Part shown: positions 1 to 12,948 of the stretch, piece by piece
Numbering within the stretch: the stretch's first letter is position 1
How the letters are laid out: every line of letters starts with the position of its first letter
Assembly: GCA_951406725.2 (NCBI GenBank)
Contig: OX597823.1
Coordinates: 33,976,001 to 34,040,000, forward strand
Source of the DNA: Octopus vulgaris
Lineage: Eukaryota
Length of the DNA stretch: 64,000 nt
Direction: 5' to 3'
Made by a program: the position numbers and the translations under genes
Notes under the pieces: generated by a model
Database searches by the model: none
Seen by the model: only the letters and a program-made list of their open reading frames with translations
Told to the model about the DNA's origin: nothing

Positions 1-402
1 TATCAAACAAGCTAGCTTGTGGTATTTGTTCCTGCTCTTTTCATTCTGAGTTCAAATCTTGCTGTGGTCTACATGGGTAGGGCACTTCATCAATTGCCCT
101 AGTTAATGCTGTCATGTGACGGGTGTCTCTTGTGGAGGAGTCCAGCTTCTTGCAAGCATTCAGACCTGGTCTGAATTTATTTAAGGCTACCTTTCTACCC
201 TACACCAGTTGCAGAGGCCCTGTAAAGGGTCACATGCACAGTTCTCTGACTCCTGACTAACATAGAGGGCGCTGGCTTCATTGCTATAGACTGAGAGGTT
301 CAAGCATAAAAAGAAGGACAGGACACAGGTCTATAATGGCAGTTCCATGTGAGGGGTAGTGGGAGGAATTGGAGCGGAGCAACATTTATATCTCTTTCAG
401 CC

Positions 403-615
403 TTTATTCTTTCTCTTGTTTCTGTCATTAGACTGTGGCCATGCTGGTGCGCTGCCTTGAAGGAGTTTTAGTCTCATGAATGACCCCCACCACCAATACT
501 TATTTTTATATCTTTTTTTAAAGTTTGGTACTTATTGCATTGCTTCCTTTTGCTAAACTGCTAAGTTATAGAGACATAAACATATGAACACCAGTTGTCA
601 ATCAGTGGCGGGAGA

Positions 616-656
<41 letters not shown>

Positions 657-808
657 GCTAAGCTTCTTTTCAGTTTCTGTCTACTAAATCCAAAATCCAC
701 TCACATGGCTTTGGTTAGCCTGAGGTTATAGTAGAAGACACGTCTGGGACTGAACCTGGAACCATGTGTTTGGGAACCAGACTTCTTACCACGCAGCCAT
801 TCCTGTAC
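403..808 (-). mobile_element. tRNA-derived SINE family A copy (decayed, internal microsatellite)
   Basis: Reverse complement of the family head GGCTG(T/C)GTGGTAAGAAG...CACATGGTTCC.GGTTCAGTCCC and tail CCAGCATGGCCACAGTC..ATGAC.GAAACAAG, seen in more than 10 copies in this window. Confidence 0.8.
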
Positions 809-950
809 GTCCATACAGCCACACCTGTGCCAACATATATTCATGTACTTTAATACATTCTACTTCAGTTTGGGATTTGATTTACAAGATTCTTTATGTG
901 AGTTCATGTGTTGAAGCATATATTGTTGTATTTGGGGAGAGTCATTTTTG

Positions 951-1062
951 GTGCCTTATAATTTAACACACTCACCTGTAAAGTTTCCACTCATTTACTT
1001 ATTTACACTCATAAGTAAATGAGTGGAAACTTTATCTGTGAGTGTCTTAAATAATAAGGCAC
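951..1062. repeat. Inverted repeat, about 52-bp arms with 8-nt spacer
   Basis: gtgccttataatttaacacactcacctgtaaagtttccactcatttacttat is an imperfect reverse complement of ataagtaaatgagtggaaactttatctgtgagtgtcttaaataataaggcac. Confidence 0.85.
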
Positions 1063-1277
1063 TAATATATTCTCTTATACTAAAATAAAGTCTCATATCC
1101 ATACGCATTCATATGTTCACACTCTCTTATACTATCATATATATGCATACACACTCATATATTTACATTTACATATGTTTATATAGTTGGAATTTACAAA
1201 AAAGCAAAACAAAAGACGAAGATGGGTGTGTAAACAACAAACAGATGTATTAATTTAACGCTCGGGAAGTGAGAAAG

Positions 1278-1316
1278 TCTTTTACATTTCGAGCCTACGC
1301 TCTTCAGCAGAAAAGA
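1278..1316 (-). ncRNA. Degenerate minimal type I hammerhead-like motif
   Basis: Minus strand TCTTTT CTGCTGA A GAGC-GTAG-GCTC GAAA TG TA AAAGA: helix I and II pair, but the core has A6>C. Confidence 0.55.
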
Positions 1317-2244
1317 ACACACTATATATACAAATATGCAAAAACTAACTTTCTTATATTTAGTACAAGCACACAAAGTAGTGAGAGTTAATACAATGAT
1401 GTGTACAGTTATTTTTAACTCTCCTACATATAAAAGGCATTTCATGAGGGGCTTTGTCTCAAAGAAAATTTTCTCTCTATAGACATCATCTGTAAAAACT
1501 GATCAAACCTAGCACCAAATGACATTAGCAGTGTCTTTGCTTAACCCTTTCGTTACCAACCCAGCTGAAACCAGCTCTGGTTTTGTATTACAAATGTCTT
1601 GTTTTCCTCCAAACCTAGTGGTTTCTATGGCTGGATGCCCTTCCTAATACCAACTGCTTTACAAAGTGGACTGGGTACTTTTTGTTTTTGCTACCAATAC
1701 TAGGGAGATTGCCATGTAACTTGCAAGACACACCCACACGTGTGTGCATGTGTGTGTGTGTGTGTGTGCATATGTGTGTGTGTGTGTGTGTGCATTGTGT
1801 GTGTGTGTCTTTGTCCTGACATCATGTGATGGTTCTGAATGAGCATCACTCTCACACAAGTGATTTCATTCGTCTTCAGTTTTCTGTAATAAAAAAAAAA
1901 ACATGTCTGGACAATATTACTTTGCTCAGAAATCGGTGAGAGTTGGCAACAAGAAGAGGATCCTATCAAAGAAAATCTGCTTCAAAGAATTCCATCTGAC
2001 CCATGTGTGTATGAAAAAGCGGACATTAAAATAACAGTGATGATGACACATGACAACAATAATAATGACCATGACACTGGCAAATCTTATTACAAATGCT
2101 GTACATTCATCACTATTTGTAGATAACTGCTTGTGTTTCCAAACATGACAGTGCATTATCAATAAAACAACCAGCATATTATTGGTGTCTATTTATTTTA
2201 TAACAGTCTTATTACAAATTCTTTATCTGATTTACTCTTTGTAG

Positions 2245-2435
2245 GTGCTGCTTGTATTCCCAAAGGAAGACTCACAATGTGATGCTTTTCAAATGGCTGC
2301 CAATCGGCTGAAATATGATTTATTTGTGGTGCGATCTGCTGAAGCTGCTGTTGAGTGTTACAGAGAGTGTCATTACGATATTGTGATCATTGACCAACGC
2401 CAGATTAAAATATTGGACTCTGAGCAAGTTTGCAG
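2245..2435 (+). CDS. PDE8: PDE8-family cAMP phosphodiesterase, internal coding exon A (REC domain N-terminal half)
   Basis: Acceptor tttactctttgtag|GTG, donor TGCAG|gttagt (phase 0 to 2, 191 nt). Translation VLLVFPKEDSQCDAF...CYRECHYDIVIIDQRQIKILDSEQVCR parallels the vertebrate PDE8A REC segment VLLVFTKEDNQC...HHDIIIIDHR...LDAEALCR (recalled, not searched). Confidence 0.93.
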
Positions 2436-3554
2436 GTTAGTGTTTCTTCTTTATAAGAATCATCAAATTTTATGAAGGAAAGATGAGTCATTACATTAGA
2501 CCCTAATTTTCTGGTAAATGAGGGGGTGAATGGGGGCTGAATGAGTGGAGGAGCACCAGATGAAATGTTTTGAGGTTTTTAGTTATTGACATTGTCATTA
2601 TCATCTTTTGATGATTATCATCTAATAGGCACTGGCTAGCCAGAGGACTGTACCAAGTTCTATTATTTGACATTGTTTCTCTGGTTGGTTGCCAACAAAT
2701 TTACAGAGTGTGGACTGGATGTTTTTTATGTGACACCAGTACAAGTGAGGTCACCAACTTGCAAGACAAAGACCTATCAACTTGAGGGAGGTGGTTTTGT
2801 GCTGGCTGATGGGAGGTTAATGTCTCTAATAGGAATAAGTATGTTGTTGTGGAGGAGATACATGGCTACCAAAGTTGAAAGAGAGAGAAAGAGAGAGAGA
2901 GAGAGTGATGAGCGTGGAGCTGTGTTAGGGCATATCCTCAAGGTACAGTGGGGAGTGGGGTGAATGTATGGGAAATGGTGCAGTACAGAGGATTGAACAG
3001 GGTAAGAGGACTGTGGTGGGGGCTAGAGATGAACGTTCCATAGGAGTATGAGGAGAAATGGTTAGAGACGGGGTAGAGGTGACTGTAGAAAGTGATGGTG
3101 AGAGATATAGAGGTGGCTGGTGGTGGTGGTGGGTGGACACTGTGGTAGATATGTGCAGGCATCAAGAGTGGTAGCAAATAAGAGAGGTGTTAAAGATGAA
3201 GTAAAGTAGAGGGAGGAGAGCAATGGCTGCAGGCACTGAAAGGAGGTAATTGGTAGAAACAGTGAGCAGAGAAAAGAATGAGAAATGGAAGCGGTTACAG
3301 TCTTTTAAATTCTAAGTTTCTATCCCTTTGGTATCGATAAATAAAGTACAAACCAAATACAGGGGCCTAGAATTGATTAAATTAATTCTTCACCTCCTCT
3401 AAAACGTGTGGTCTTGGGGCAGTATCAAAAAATAATATTTATCCACAATCTGTAAACTATTGTTCCTCTGTAACAAAATATTGCAAGATGTTCCTCTGTA
3501 ACTAAATATTGCAGTTTAGCATGATTCCATATTTGTACATGCATTATAAATATT

Positions 3555-3750
3555 CTTTTCTACTCTAGGCACGAGGCCCGAAATTTTGGGGAAGGGGGCC
3601 AGTCGATTAGATTGACCCCAGTATGCATCCGAAAGGATGAAAGGCAAAGTCAACCTCGGCAGAATTTGAACTCAGAATGTAAAGACAGGTGAAATACCAC
3701 TAAGCATTTTGCCTGGTGTGCTAACGTTTCTGCCAGCTTGCTGCCTTAGA
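3555..3750 (-). mobile_element. tRNA-derived SINE family B copy with 13-bp target-site duplication
   Basis: Family motifs GAGTTCAAATTC (B box), GACTTTGCCTTTCATCCTTTCGG and GTGCCTAGAGTAGAAAAG tail; flanked by the direct repeat CATTATAAATATT (3542-3554 and 3751-3763). Confidence 0.88.
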
Positions 3751-3969
3751 CATTATAAATATTACACCCACAGAGATTATAATCTAAGACTGTTTCAAGT
3801 GTTTGTATAATATTTTACTTGTTGCCTTTTGCCTGAATCAGTAAATGTTTTCTTTACAAAGGCATTTTCCCCCATTTAGAATGGCCGAGGAGACCATTTC
3901 AGATTGAAACACTTTGCCTGGGCCATCCACTGGCATTCTGAATGAAGCCCTATGGTTTTTCTGAGACCA

Positions 3970-5013
3970 CCCCTATACTTAGCTTTTGTGGACTTGGATA
4001 AAGCCTTTGACAGGGTCCCTCGATCCCTTATCTGGTGGGCGATGCGGAAACTGAAGATTGATGAATGGTTAATAAGGGCTGAAAAAGCCCTTTACAGAGA
4101 GGCTGTTAGTAAGGTTAGGATTGGCAATGAGTATAGTGAAGAATTTCGGGTAGAAGTAGGCATCCACCAAGGTTCAGTCCTCAGTCCCCTTTTATTCATC
4201 ATAGTCCTCCAGGCAATAACAGAGGGGTTCAAAACAAGTTGCACCTGGGAGCTCCTCTATGCTGATGACCTGGCCCTCATAGCAGAATCACTACCGGAAC
4301 TAGAAAAGAAATTTCGTGTGTGGAAGCTAGGTTTAGAATCAAAAGGCCTTAGAGTCAATGTAGCAAAGACCAAAGTTCTAGTAAGCAGGAAGGCGAACTC
4401 ACCACACACCCCCTTAGGTAGGTGGCCCTGCTTGATCTGTAGGAAAGGTGTAGGTAGAAACTCCATAAGATGTACCCAGTATAAGCTATGGACACATAAG
4501 AGGTGCAGCTACATCAAAGGAAAATTAACCGAGAAGATAGCTTTCATGTGCAGCAGATGCACAGGGGCAATAGACACCACAGATACTCAGAAAACAGATT
4601 CCATTACACTCTAAGGGATGAAACTAGAAGTAGTTGATAGTTTCAGCTACTTAGGTGACCAAGTTAGTAGTGGGAGTGGATGCTCTGAGAGTGTTACCAC
4701 TAGAATAAGAATAATCTGGGCAAAGTTTAGGAAGCTTCTACCCCTACTGGTGACAAAGGGTCTCTTGCTCAGAGTGAAAGGTAGATTGTACAATGCATAT
4801 GTGCAAACTGCCTTGCTTCACGGCAGTGAAACATGGGCTGTGACAGTGAGGGACAAGTGTAGGCTTGAAAGAAATGGAGCTAGCATGATCTGCTGGATGT
4901 GTAATGTCAGTATCCATGCACGACAGTGTGTAAGCACCCTAAGAGAAATGTGAGACATAAGAAACATCGGATTTGGCATGCAAGAGAGACGTTTGCATTG
5001 GTATGGTCATGTG
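3970..5013 (+). mobile_element. RTE-clade non-LTR retrotransposon, reverse transcriptase fragment (pseudogenised)
   Basis: ORFs 3952-4614 and 4618-4953 are in one frame broken by stops: FVDLDKAFDRV, GIHQGSVLSPLLF, LLYADDL, FSYLG, LLHGSETW, then RRLHWYGHV after 4953. Confidence 0.93.
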
Positions 5014-6990
5014 GCCTCTAGCCCACAGATGTACCATCTCATGTCTCTTTCTTTTCTACTGCTATTATTTCTATTTTTCTGTTCCTCAAATTTGCAAGGA
5101 CCATACAGCTAATAAAAGATAATGTGAGAACTTCTAGGACATGACATGACCTGACAGCAGCCAAATCCCCTTCAAATCACAGACTTTAAAAAATGCAAAG
5201 AACTATAGGATAATGTAGATCTATATAGACTGGGTCTGAAGGAAGAGATGGAATGGTTACAGCTGGAATGTCTTCGTTTGTAAGTTTATTGGGTCATGGT
5301 TGGGTCTAAGCAACAGCATTACTTTAGGCTTGACTCTCTGAGAATTAAATTATTATATTGACCCAAGAAGAATGAAAAAAAAAACTGTTGTCAAATTAAG
5401 CAAGATTGAAACCCAGAGTATGGAGACAACTAGAATAAATACAATTAGACATTAAGCTGCATGATTTACCATTCCCACAGACATTCCGGTCTTTGTATAG
5501 CCAGACAAGTATAATTATAATTTATACATAATTTCAGGAAAAGAAAGCAAGTATAGCAGTCTACAGACTTCATATTTAGATTAACTATGATTAGTTCTTC
5601 TAATTTAGAAAAAAAAAATGAATAAATAAATAAAACCCATTGTCTTCAGTCCAGTTCTTCAGAATGTGATTCTCACACACAAAAGTGACATTCAAATTTT
5701 TCTCATTTGGATTACCAACAAATCTGTGACTATTATTGGCTTTTTCTGTTTATTATTAAGTTCTTGTTATCATTGTTGTTGTTGTTATTCTTTTAATCTT
5801 TTCTCCTTCCAGCTGTGAGTTGACCATAGGATAATAATGACACCTTTTGTATCTTTCTGTGTCCATCTATTTGCCCTTTCACTGACCTAGTCATCTGCCT
5901 GAAACACTTACATTTTCACAACATATTGTCCACTGACAACACATTGTTTGCACTGGAAAGCTTTCCCTGCAAATCAGCATGACTAATTTCACTGCATATG
6001 TATGTATGTACATATGTATGTATATGCATATGTATGCATGTATGTATATATATGTATGTGTATGTGTACGTATGTATGTAGGTGTGTGTGTGCGCGCTAG
6101 TAGAAATATATGTGTAGAAGCAGGCTTCAATCAAACACACATACTCATGGACACACGGACACACACATATATATGTATATATATACACTTATATACACCT
6201 GAAACTCTGGCTTTGTAGTACAACAGCTGTGACTGCTATGGTTTTGCTATTTAATTATACAGATATCAATGTCCATTCTTATTGCTTCCCAGCTAACAAG
6301 CTGTTACAGCTTCCCTGCCTACTTTTGATTTGCTTTTTTTTGTTGTTCTTTTTTTCTTTTTTTTTGTCCTTATTTTACTATTTCTTCTTGCAATCAATTA
6401 ATTTATCTTTCTCAAATGACTGTTTTTGTCACATTCATGAAAATAGAACCCTGTTGTTGGCAGGAATGGTTATTTTTCAACCCAATACATGCAACTCTAT
6501 CTTAGAACATTCACAATACAACAAATATGCAAATTATCTTAATGTGTAAAGATACACAGTTTTATGGCCTTGCAATGTCTCTGAAAACTAAATTAATACA
6601 ACACAAAATGGGTTTCATATTTCTATATAGACATTGTCACATAACACTAAGTTTTAATGAAAGGCACCTATTCCTGTGTGTGATGCAGAGAACGCAGATA
6701 AATTTAAACCCTTAACCTAGTCAACTCCTAAAAGCAATCAGTTCAACCAGTCACCCTGCAACCACTTTTTAAAATTTTCTGTGAGAAGTTCTTCAGTGAA
6801 ACACTTTGTTGGTTGACATTGCCAGTAATATGATGCATGGGATTTGTATAGTCCTTTGGTCTAATAGGATTACCGTTGAAGTCCATCTTGTATTCTGAAA
6901 GATGAGGAACGTGGATGGGGAAGTAATTCTAGAGAGTCACATTGGCCAGCAGACTTCATATGAATGTGTGGGTGAAATTGTTTAGGTTAA

Positions 6991-7193
6991 CCTATTAGCA
7001 TCCAGATTATTCTGTCAAATGTGATGCTTATTTATTGACATTTGTTTTGAATTAATCATGTTTTTATCTTTTAGCTTTGAGACTTCGATTATGACTTTTG
7101 GTATGACATTGAGAGATAGGCATGAGAATCTGTATTTGGCATGAAGCAAACAGAATATTTTGGCTGGATATGGTCGGTTTAAATGCTAAAGGA
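6991..7193. mobile_element. piggyBac-type MITE (decayed)
   Basis: TTAA on both sides (6987-6990, 7194-7197); ends CCTATTAGCAT...ATGCTAAAGGA form imperfect terminal inverted repeats. Related TTAACCCTTT ends occur near 1541 and 55505. Confidence 0.6.
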
Positions 7194-8012
7194 TTAAGGT
7201 AGCAGAGGTTGTTGGGGTAGGAGCAGAAAGGGCAGAGAGAGGAAACGGCACACATGTGTGATTTCACTGTGTTGGTAACCAGATTTCTTTTGGATGTGGT
7301 CTGAGATGTTTGTGTATGTAACAATGGCATCATTCTATATCTGTGAACAGTTCTGCAATGTGTTCTACGATGTCTGTGTATCTAACAGTGACACTATCCT
7401 GTATATGTGAGCAGGAGACTGCCCTTGATTCTATGCTGCAGAATTTTGGTTTTAAAGTGAGCTAAATTAAAACTTCCTATTAAAATTTCATGCTAGTTTA
7501 TGTTCCAAACATCAGTTTAATAATGGATAAAACCATTCTACAATATTCTTAATTTTTGTTTAATTAATTGGAAGGAAAACAATGTATTTCAAGAGAAATA
7601 TGGTAACAAAAGAATTAAAGTATCAATAACATAGCTGTCACCAAAATTCTAAAGGATAAAGGTTGACTGGTGAAAGATGCAGTTGGTGTTAAGAAGGACA
7701 TCCAGCTGTAGAAACTGCCTGATCAGATTGGAGCCTGGTGCAGCCTCCTAGCTCTCCAGACCTCAGTCAAACTGTCCAAAATGGCAGCATGGAAAACGGA
7801 CGTTAAACAATGATGATGATGGTGGTGGTGAATAATTATTTCAAATTTTAACACAAAACCAGCAGTTTTTTTAAGGAGAGAGTACTTGACCAGTATTTTC
7901 TTTTATCAACCTGGAAAGAATAAATGGTAAAGTTGATTTTGGCAGCATTTGAACTCAGAATGTAAAGGGCATGGCATTTAGTGTGCTAATAGTTCTGCCA
8001 GTTTTGTCCCCA

Positions 8013-8043
<31 letters not shown>

Positions 8044-8898
8044 CCATATATATGTGTGTATGTATACATATACACATATATAACAAATCATGAGAACTGA
8101 GAGATTATAAGAGAAAGCCACACAAGTGACTCCACTAAGGGTTTTTTTCTTCAGGCATAACAATTCACTGAAATGATCTGGGTTTGTCTGAATGAGTTCC
8201 TGGCTATTACAAGACCTCTACTGCATCTAATGACCACTTTGAAATGATGTTATCATTGGAAAGATAAACAGTCTGTGTGATGAGTAAATATATAGAAGTA
8301 TTTAACGGAATCAATACTTGAGTTAAGTGGTTGCATCATTGAATGGACACGACTTCATTCTCAATGAACATTTTATATACAAGATGGCAATGTAAATTAT
8401 ACATACCGATGTTATTTAAAGTATTTGCACATGCATTGCATCTAAACCATCAACATCCTCATTTAACATCCATTTTACATGCTGTCATGGGTTAGATGCT
8501 TTGATAGGCTCCGGCTAGCTGTAGGGCTGTGGTGAGCTCCAATGTCTGCTTAAGTATGATTTTTATGGCTGGATGCCCTTCCTAATGCCAACCACTGCAT
8601 AATGTGTACTGGGTGCTGTTTTCAATCCACTGGTACATGTGAGTATGCCAAGTAACTTGCAAGACAGGAAAAGAAGAGGAAAAGGTAAAAGGAAAACTCA
8701 GGTGGTGTTGGGGGGGGGGCAGTATTTGAGAGTGCTAAGAGATGGCTACATGCCAAGTATTGGGAGATTAAAGTGTGAGAGAAGGGTCTGCATACATAAC
8801 CCCTAAACTGGATACATATATAAAATATACCACTCTATACACATGTAGCATATATACTATTTAAATATGTAAAATATATGCAATACAACAGTGTTACT

Positions 8899-9321
8899 TT
8901 TCTACTCTAGGCACAAGGCCCGAAATTTTGGGGGAGGGGACCAGTCAATTAGATTGACCCCCGTATACAACTGGTACTTAATTTATCAACCCCAAAATGA
9001 TGAAAGTTGACCTTGGAGGAATTTGAACTCAGAATGTAAAGACTGACAAAATACTGCTAAGCATTTTGCTCAGCATGCTAACAATTCTACCAGCTCGCCG
9101 CCTTAAAATTCTTCTCTATTCTAGGCACAAGGCCCAAAATTTTGGGGGAGGGGGCCAGTCAATTAGATCGACCCCAGTATACAACTGGTACTTAATTTAT
9201 TGACCCCGAAAGGATGAAAGGCAAAGTTGACCTTGGAAGAATTTGAACTCAGAATGTAAACTGACAAAATACTGCTAAGCATTTTACCCTGCGAGCTAAT
9301 GTTTCTGCCAGTTTGCTGCCT
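8899..9321 (-). mobile_element. Head-to-tail dimer of SINE family B
   Basis: Two consecutive units of about 210 bp; the pair is flanked by caatacaa(c/g)agtgttact at 8881-8898 and 9322-9339. Confidence 0.88.
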
Positions 9322-9723
9322 CAATACAAGAGTGTTACTGGTCATGTAATGGATAACTTTGGAAGAAATACTTTTGCCACAACAAATAACATCAGGAAAT
9401 ATGGCAGACATACAATAGTTATAATTTAATTTTTATCAAATTTCTTGGTTCTTATGCAAAATGGTGGAATGAATATTAATTTCCAAAAGAAACATATCTT
9501 AAAATAAAATTAAACAAATTTTTCATTTGTAAAACTCCGCCCATAACTACTCAGTCATTTACTCCCTCTCTTCTCCTTTCTGTCTTTTATCCGTGTGTGT
9601 ATATGTGTTCATGTGTGTGTGTATGTGCGTGTATATTAGCTCTTTTACTCATTGCTTACCACCAAGCCTCATATGTGCACTTATCTTGCACCTCTTAAGT
9701 TAATTCTCACTGTATTTCTCTTT

Positions 9724-9811
<88 letters not shown>

Positions 9812-10225
9812 GTCAAGCTATTTATCTCAATATACATATGTATTACATATGTGTGCATAATATTTAATCTATTCACACATATAACATCTAAATGATGTAT
9901 ATGCATTCAAATTATATACGTGTATAACATTTAAACTATTGTGTGAAATACACCATTCTCATACAGCATATTTATATATAAGAAAATATATTAACAATCA
10001 TTTATAACTTAGGAAACATATTATGTGTGAGAAAGTGTGTGTGTGTACCTGGTTGTGCCTCCTTGTGGAAGATTTCTACTCAAATGACACATTCATACAA
10101 GCAGCATCATTTGCTTAAATCTGTGAAAAAACATATGCAAAGTTAATGGAGGCAGCCATTAACAGTAGCATCTTCCAATACCTTTGAATCTCTTTCTCTC
10201 TCTGTCTTCCTTTTATGATTACAGC

Positions 10226-10506
10226 CAGTGGTGGATTGGGTCTAAAAATATTGGTTGCCAGGAGACTAAGGGGGCCCACCCACAACTACAATGCTATCAA
10301 TTTTTTTTTTTTTTTTGTTAAAAGTATTCTACAAACACAACCAGGCTGAAATAATTAAAGCATTCTTCCAGGAGTGAATAAAAAAATTCTCAAACTTGAG
10401 GGGATGGGCCCCTGAGATACTAACATGGGCCCCCATAAATGGATTCTAATGTCACAGGGGCCCACTTGCCATCGGACAAGCAGGCAACCTGGCCAGTCTA
10501 CCACTG
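10226..10506. mobile_element. hAT-type MITE (281 bp)
   Basis: TIRs CAGTGGTGGATTGG / CCAGTCTACCACTG (12 of 14 match); perfect 8-bp TSD ATTACAGC (10218-10225 and 10507-10514). Confidence 0.9.
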
Positions 10507-11060
10507 ATTACAGCTTCCATAGAGCTACATCAACTGAAGACCTACTTTCTTATGTCCCCCACCAGTGGACTGTCACTTGGGAGAAATTTAGTGAAAGTCA
10601 TGCTGTTGATTTGTTGAACAAAAACACCAATTAAGTCTTTCACCATGCCTGGCTTTTTGAATCTCATATCAAAACTTGCTGTCGATGGGTTTCACATATC
10701 TGCTATTTCTTGGGTCAGTAGCTTCCTCCCAGATTGCAACATCACACAAAATATGTTGTTGGAAGTCATTCCATTCCATTCTCAGTCAGTTCTGCTGTAC
10801 TCTAGGATTCACTTTTGTCTTCCAATCTCTGCTTTCTTACATCAGCCACTTTCATGCCATCAGGCTTGACAAGACCTCCTCTTACACAGATGATTAAGCC
10901 CTTCATTCCTCCCTAATCCCCAACAAAGCATCATCCACAAGCATCGTAGACCAACTTGGGCCAAACCTCTATGAATGAGGACCTTGAAAACATCCTCCAT
11001 TGGGACCATGACACTCTTGTCACTTTCAGCACTGAAACCTCAAGTATTACTGGTATCAAG
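10507..11060 (+). mobile_element. Highly decayed L2/CR1/jockey-type reverse transcriptase remnant
   Basis: Frame-shifted peptides YSFHRATSTEDLLSY, LISKL...WVSSFL, SYTDD (YADD equivalent) and MNEDLENILHW, in the order expected for non-LTR RT. Confidence 0.65.
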
Positions 11061-11886
11061 AAAACACCATCACGCCACACACAACTTAAATATAAGCAGC
11101 AGACAACTAGAGCCTTCATAGTTATGTAACTCCTCTACTCTAGCACTCCTGACCCACTTGTCTCTCATCCTCTCATCACTATTGCTGTATCCGATACCAC
11201 AAAGTTGAAATTTTAGGAATGAGAGCATTTAGCCGGTAATTGGCATGGTTAGATTGGTGGCTTGGTTGGTTTGAGGTATTTTTGCACTTTGTGTGTGTGT
11301 GTGTGTGTATGTGTTTGTGCGTGTGTGTGTGTGTGTGCATGTGTGTGCTTGTGTTTCCTTATTCTGACATTGTGTGATAGTTGTAACTGTGTGTCTCTGC
11401 CATACAAACTGTGATATTTGTCTCCAATCTTCCATTAAAACATGCTCCACCACAGGAAAATATTACCTAATTTGGAAACAAGTCAGGATTGGCAATAGAA
11501 AGGTCATCCAGCCATAGAAAACCTGCTCCATCTGACTTGTGCAAGAATGGAATAGTGGACATTAAATCAATGATGAAGATGATAGCCACCCATCAAAACT
11601 TAGCACCCTCCAAAAGCAAGCAATTGCTCATTTATAGGAAGAAATTAAAGAGAGAATACTAAGGAAATGCTAGGCTACTGCAAGGTTTTTTTTTTATTTT
11701 TTACCATGAGAAAGCGCTGTATGCTCCTATAATCACATTCTCTCATTCTTACACAATATGCCAAGTGTCATGATAAAATCAGGACAACTGAACTTGCAAG
11801 AAGTAGCCAAAATGGTTGAAGGGGTCTCCAAATATCTCAGTACTGTCTAATATGGCATGTAGCCTAGCATTGACATCATACCAGAT

Positions 11887-12185
11887 GGAGTAAAGATTAT
11901 TTGCCAACATAACATGGCAGTCATGGTTTAGGATGAATATTGCTGTAATTTAGCCCCAGGTGACATCGTTTCCAGCTGGCTATATGACACAATCTGTATC
12001 CTTATATTTCTGAACAAGGAAATCTAGCAGCTCCACTCAGCTCAAAACAATATCTGTGTATCGCAATTTCCGGGTTATTTCCCTTCATCAGCACAGAATA
12101 ACTGTTTGGCTAAATTACAGCAACATTTGTCCTAAACCAGGACTGCCATGTTATGTAGGCAAATAATCTTTACTCCAAAGTACTG
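11887..12185. mobile_element. Fold-back element, probably a Penelope-like pseudo-LTR, with internal hammerhead
   Basis: About 70-bp inverted arms (ggagtaaagattatttgccaacataacatggcagtc... / ...gactgccatgttatgtaggcaaataatctttactcc); second family copy at about 32228-32513. Confidence 0.75.
12053..12097 (-). ncRNA. Minimal type I hammerhead ribozyme motif
   Basis: Minus strand TCTGTG CTGATGA A GGG-AAATAA-CCC G GAAA TTGCGA TA CACAGA: 6-bp helix I, intact CUGAUGA/GAAA core, self-complementary AUUGCGAU helix III, AUA cleavage triplet. Confidence 0.8.
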
Positions 12186-12394
12186 TTGCTGAATATCTCT
12201 CATGAGATTTACAAATAGTATCATGCCAGATGTTTGCCTTATATCATAGATTCGAGACCAACCTGATGGTATGTTGCTGCCTGGACCAGATGCCTTCACT
12301 GGCCTCATTCCACCAACTTCAACATTTTTTTAGATCAAGTTCGTTTATTTTCTTCTGTGCCTTGTTTAAATGATTGTAAACATGCCATTAACCT

Positions 12395-12427
<33 letters not shown>

Positions 12428-12690
12428 TACTAGATATTTATTGATTCCTCTGAGTTTATTTGATCTTTGATAGGGCAGCTAAAGTTGTCTTCCTCCAAGT
12501 GAGCTTGGAAGGGTTGCCAGTTTAGTTACATGCAACAGGTTCTACTGAATTACAGGTCACCAGGAGCACGAAACCTAATGTATTCTAGATACATATATTT
12601 ATGCACACACACAGACACACACACACACACACACACTATACTTCAATGCAGGTACATACACATGCAAATGTGTGTATCTGTGTGTGTGTG

Positions 12691-12725
<35 letters not shown>

Positions 12726-12726
12726 A

Positions 12727-12890
12727 GGTGAAGGCATGGTTGTGTGGTAAGAAATTTGCATCCTAGCCACATGGTTCCAGGATCAATCCCTCTGCTTGGC
12801 AATTTGGACAAGTATCTTCTACTATAGCCCCGGACTCACCAATGACTTGTGAGTAGATTTGGTAGACATAATCTGAAAGAAGCCCATCGT
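12727..12890 (+). mobile_element. SINE family A, 5' half
   Basis: tRNA-like head followed by TTGGACAAGTATCTTCTACTATAGCC...GAAAGAAGCCCATCG, ending in microsatellite. Confidence 0.78.
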
Positions 12891-12915
12891 ATATACACAT
12901 GTGTGCATGTGTGTG

Positions 12916-12948
<33 letters not shown>

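Noticed and set aside
2436-2475. C-terminal LVFLLYKNHQIL of ORF 2245-2475 and its assigned start codon
   Set aside because: PDE8 similarity ends at the GT donor at 2436; the GTG is an internal Val after a splice acceptor, not a start.
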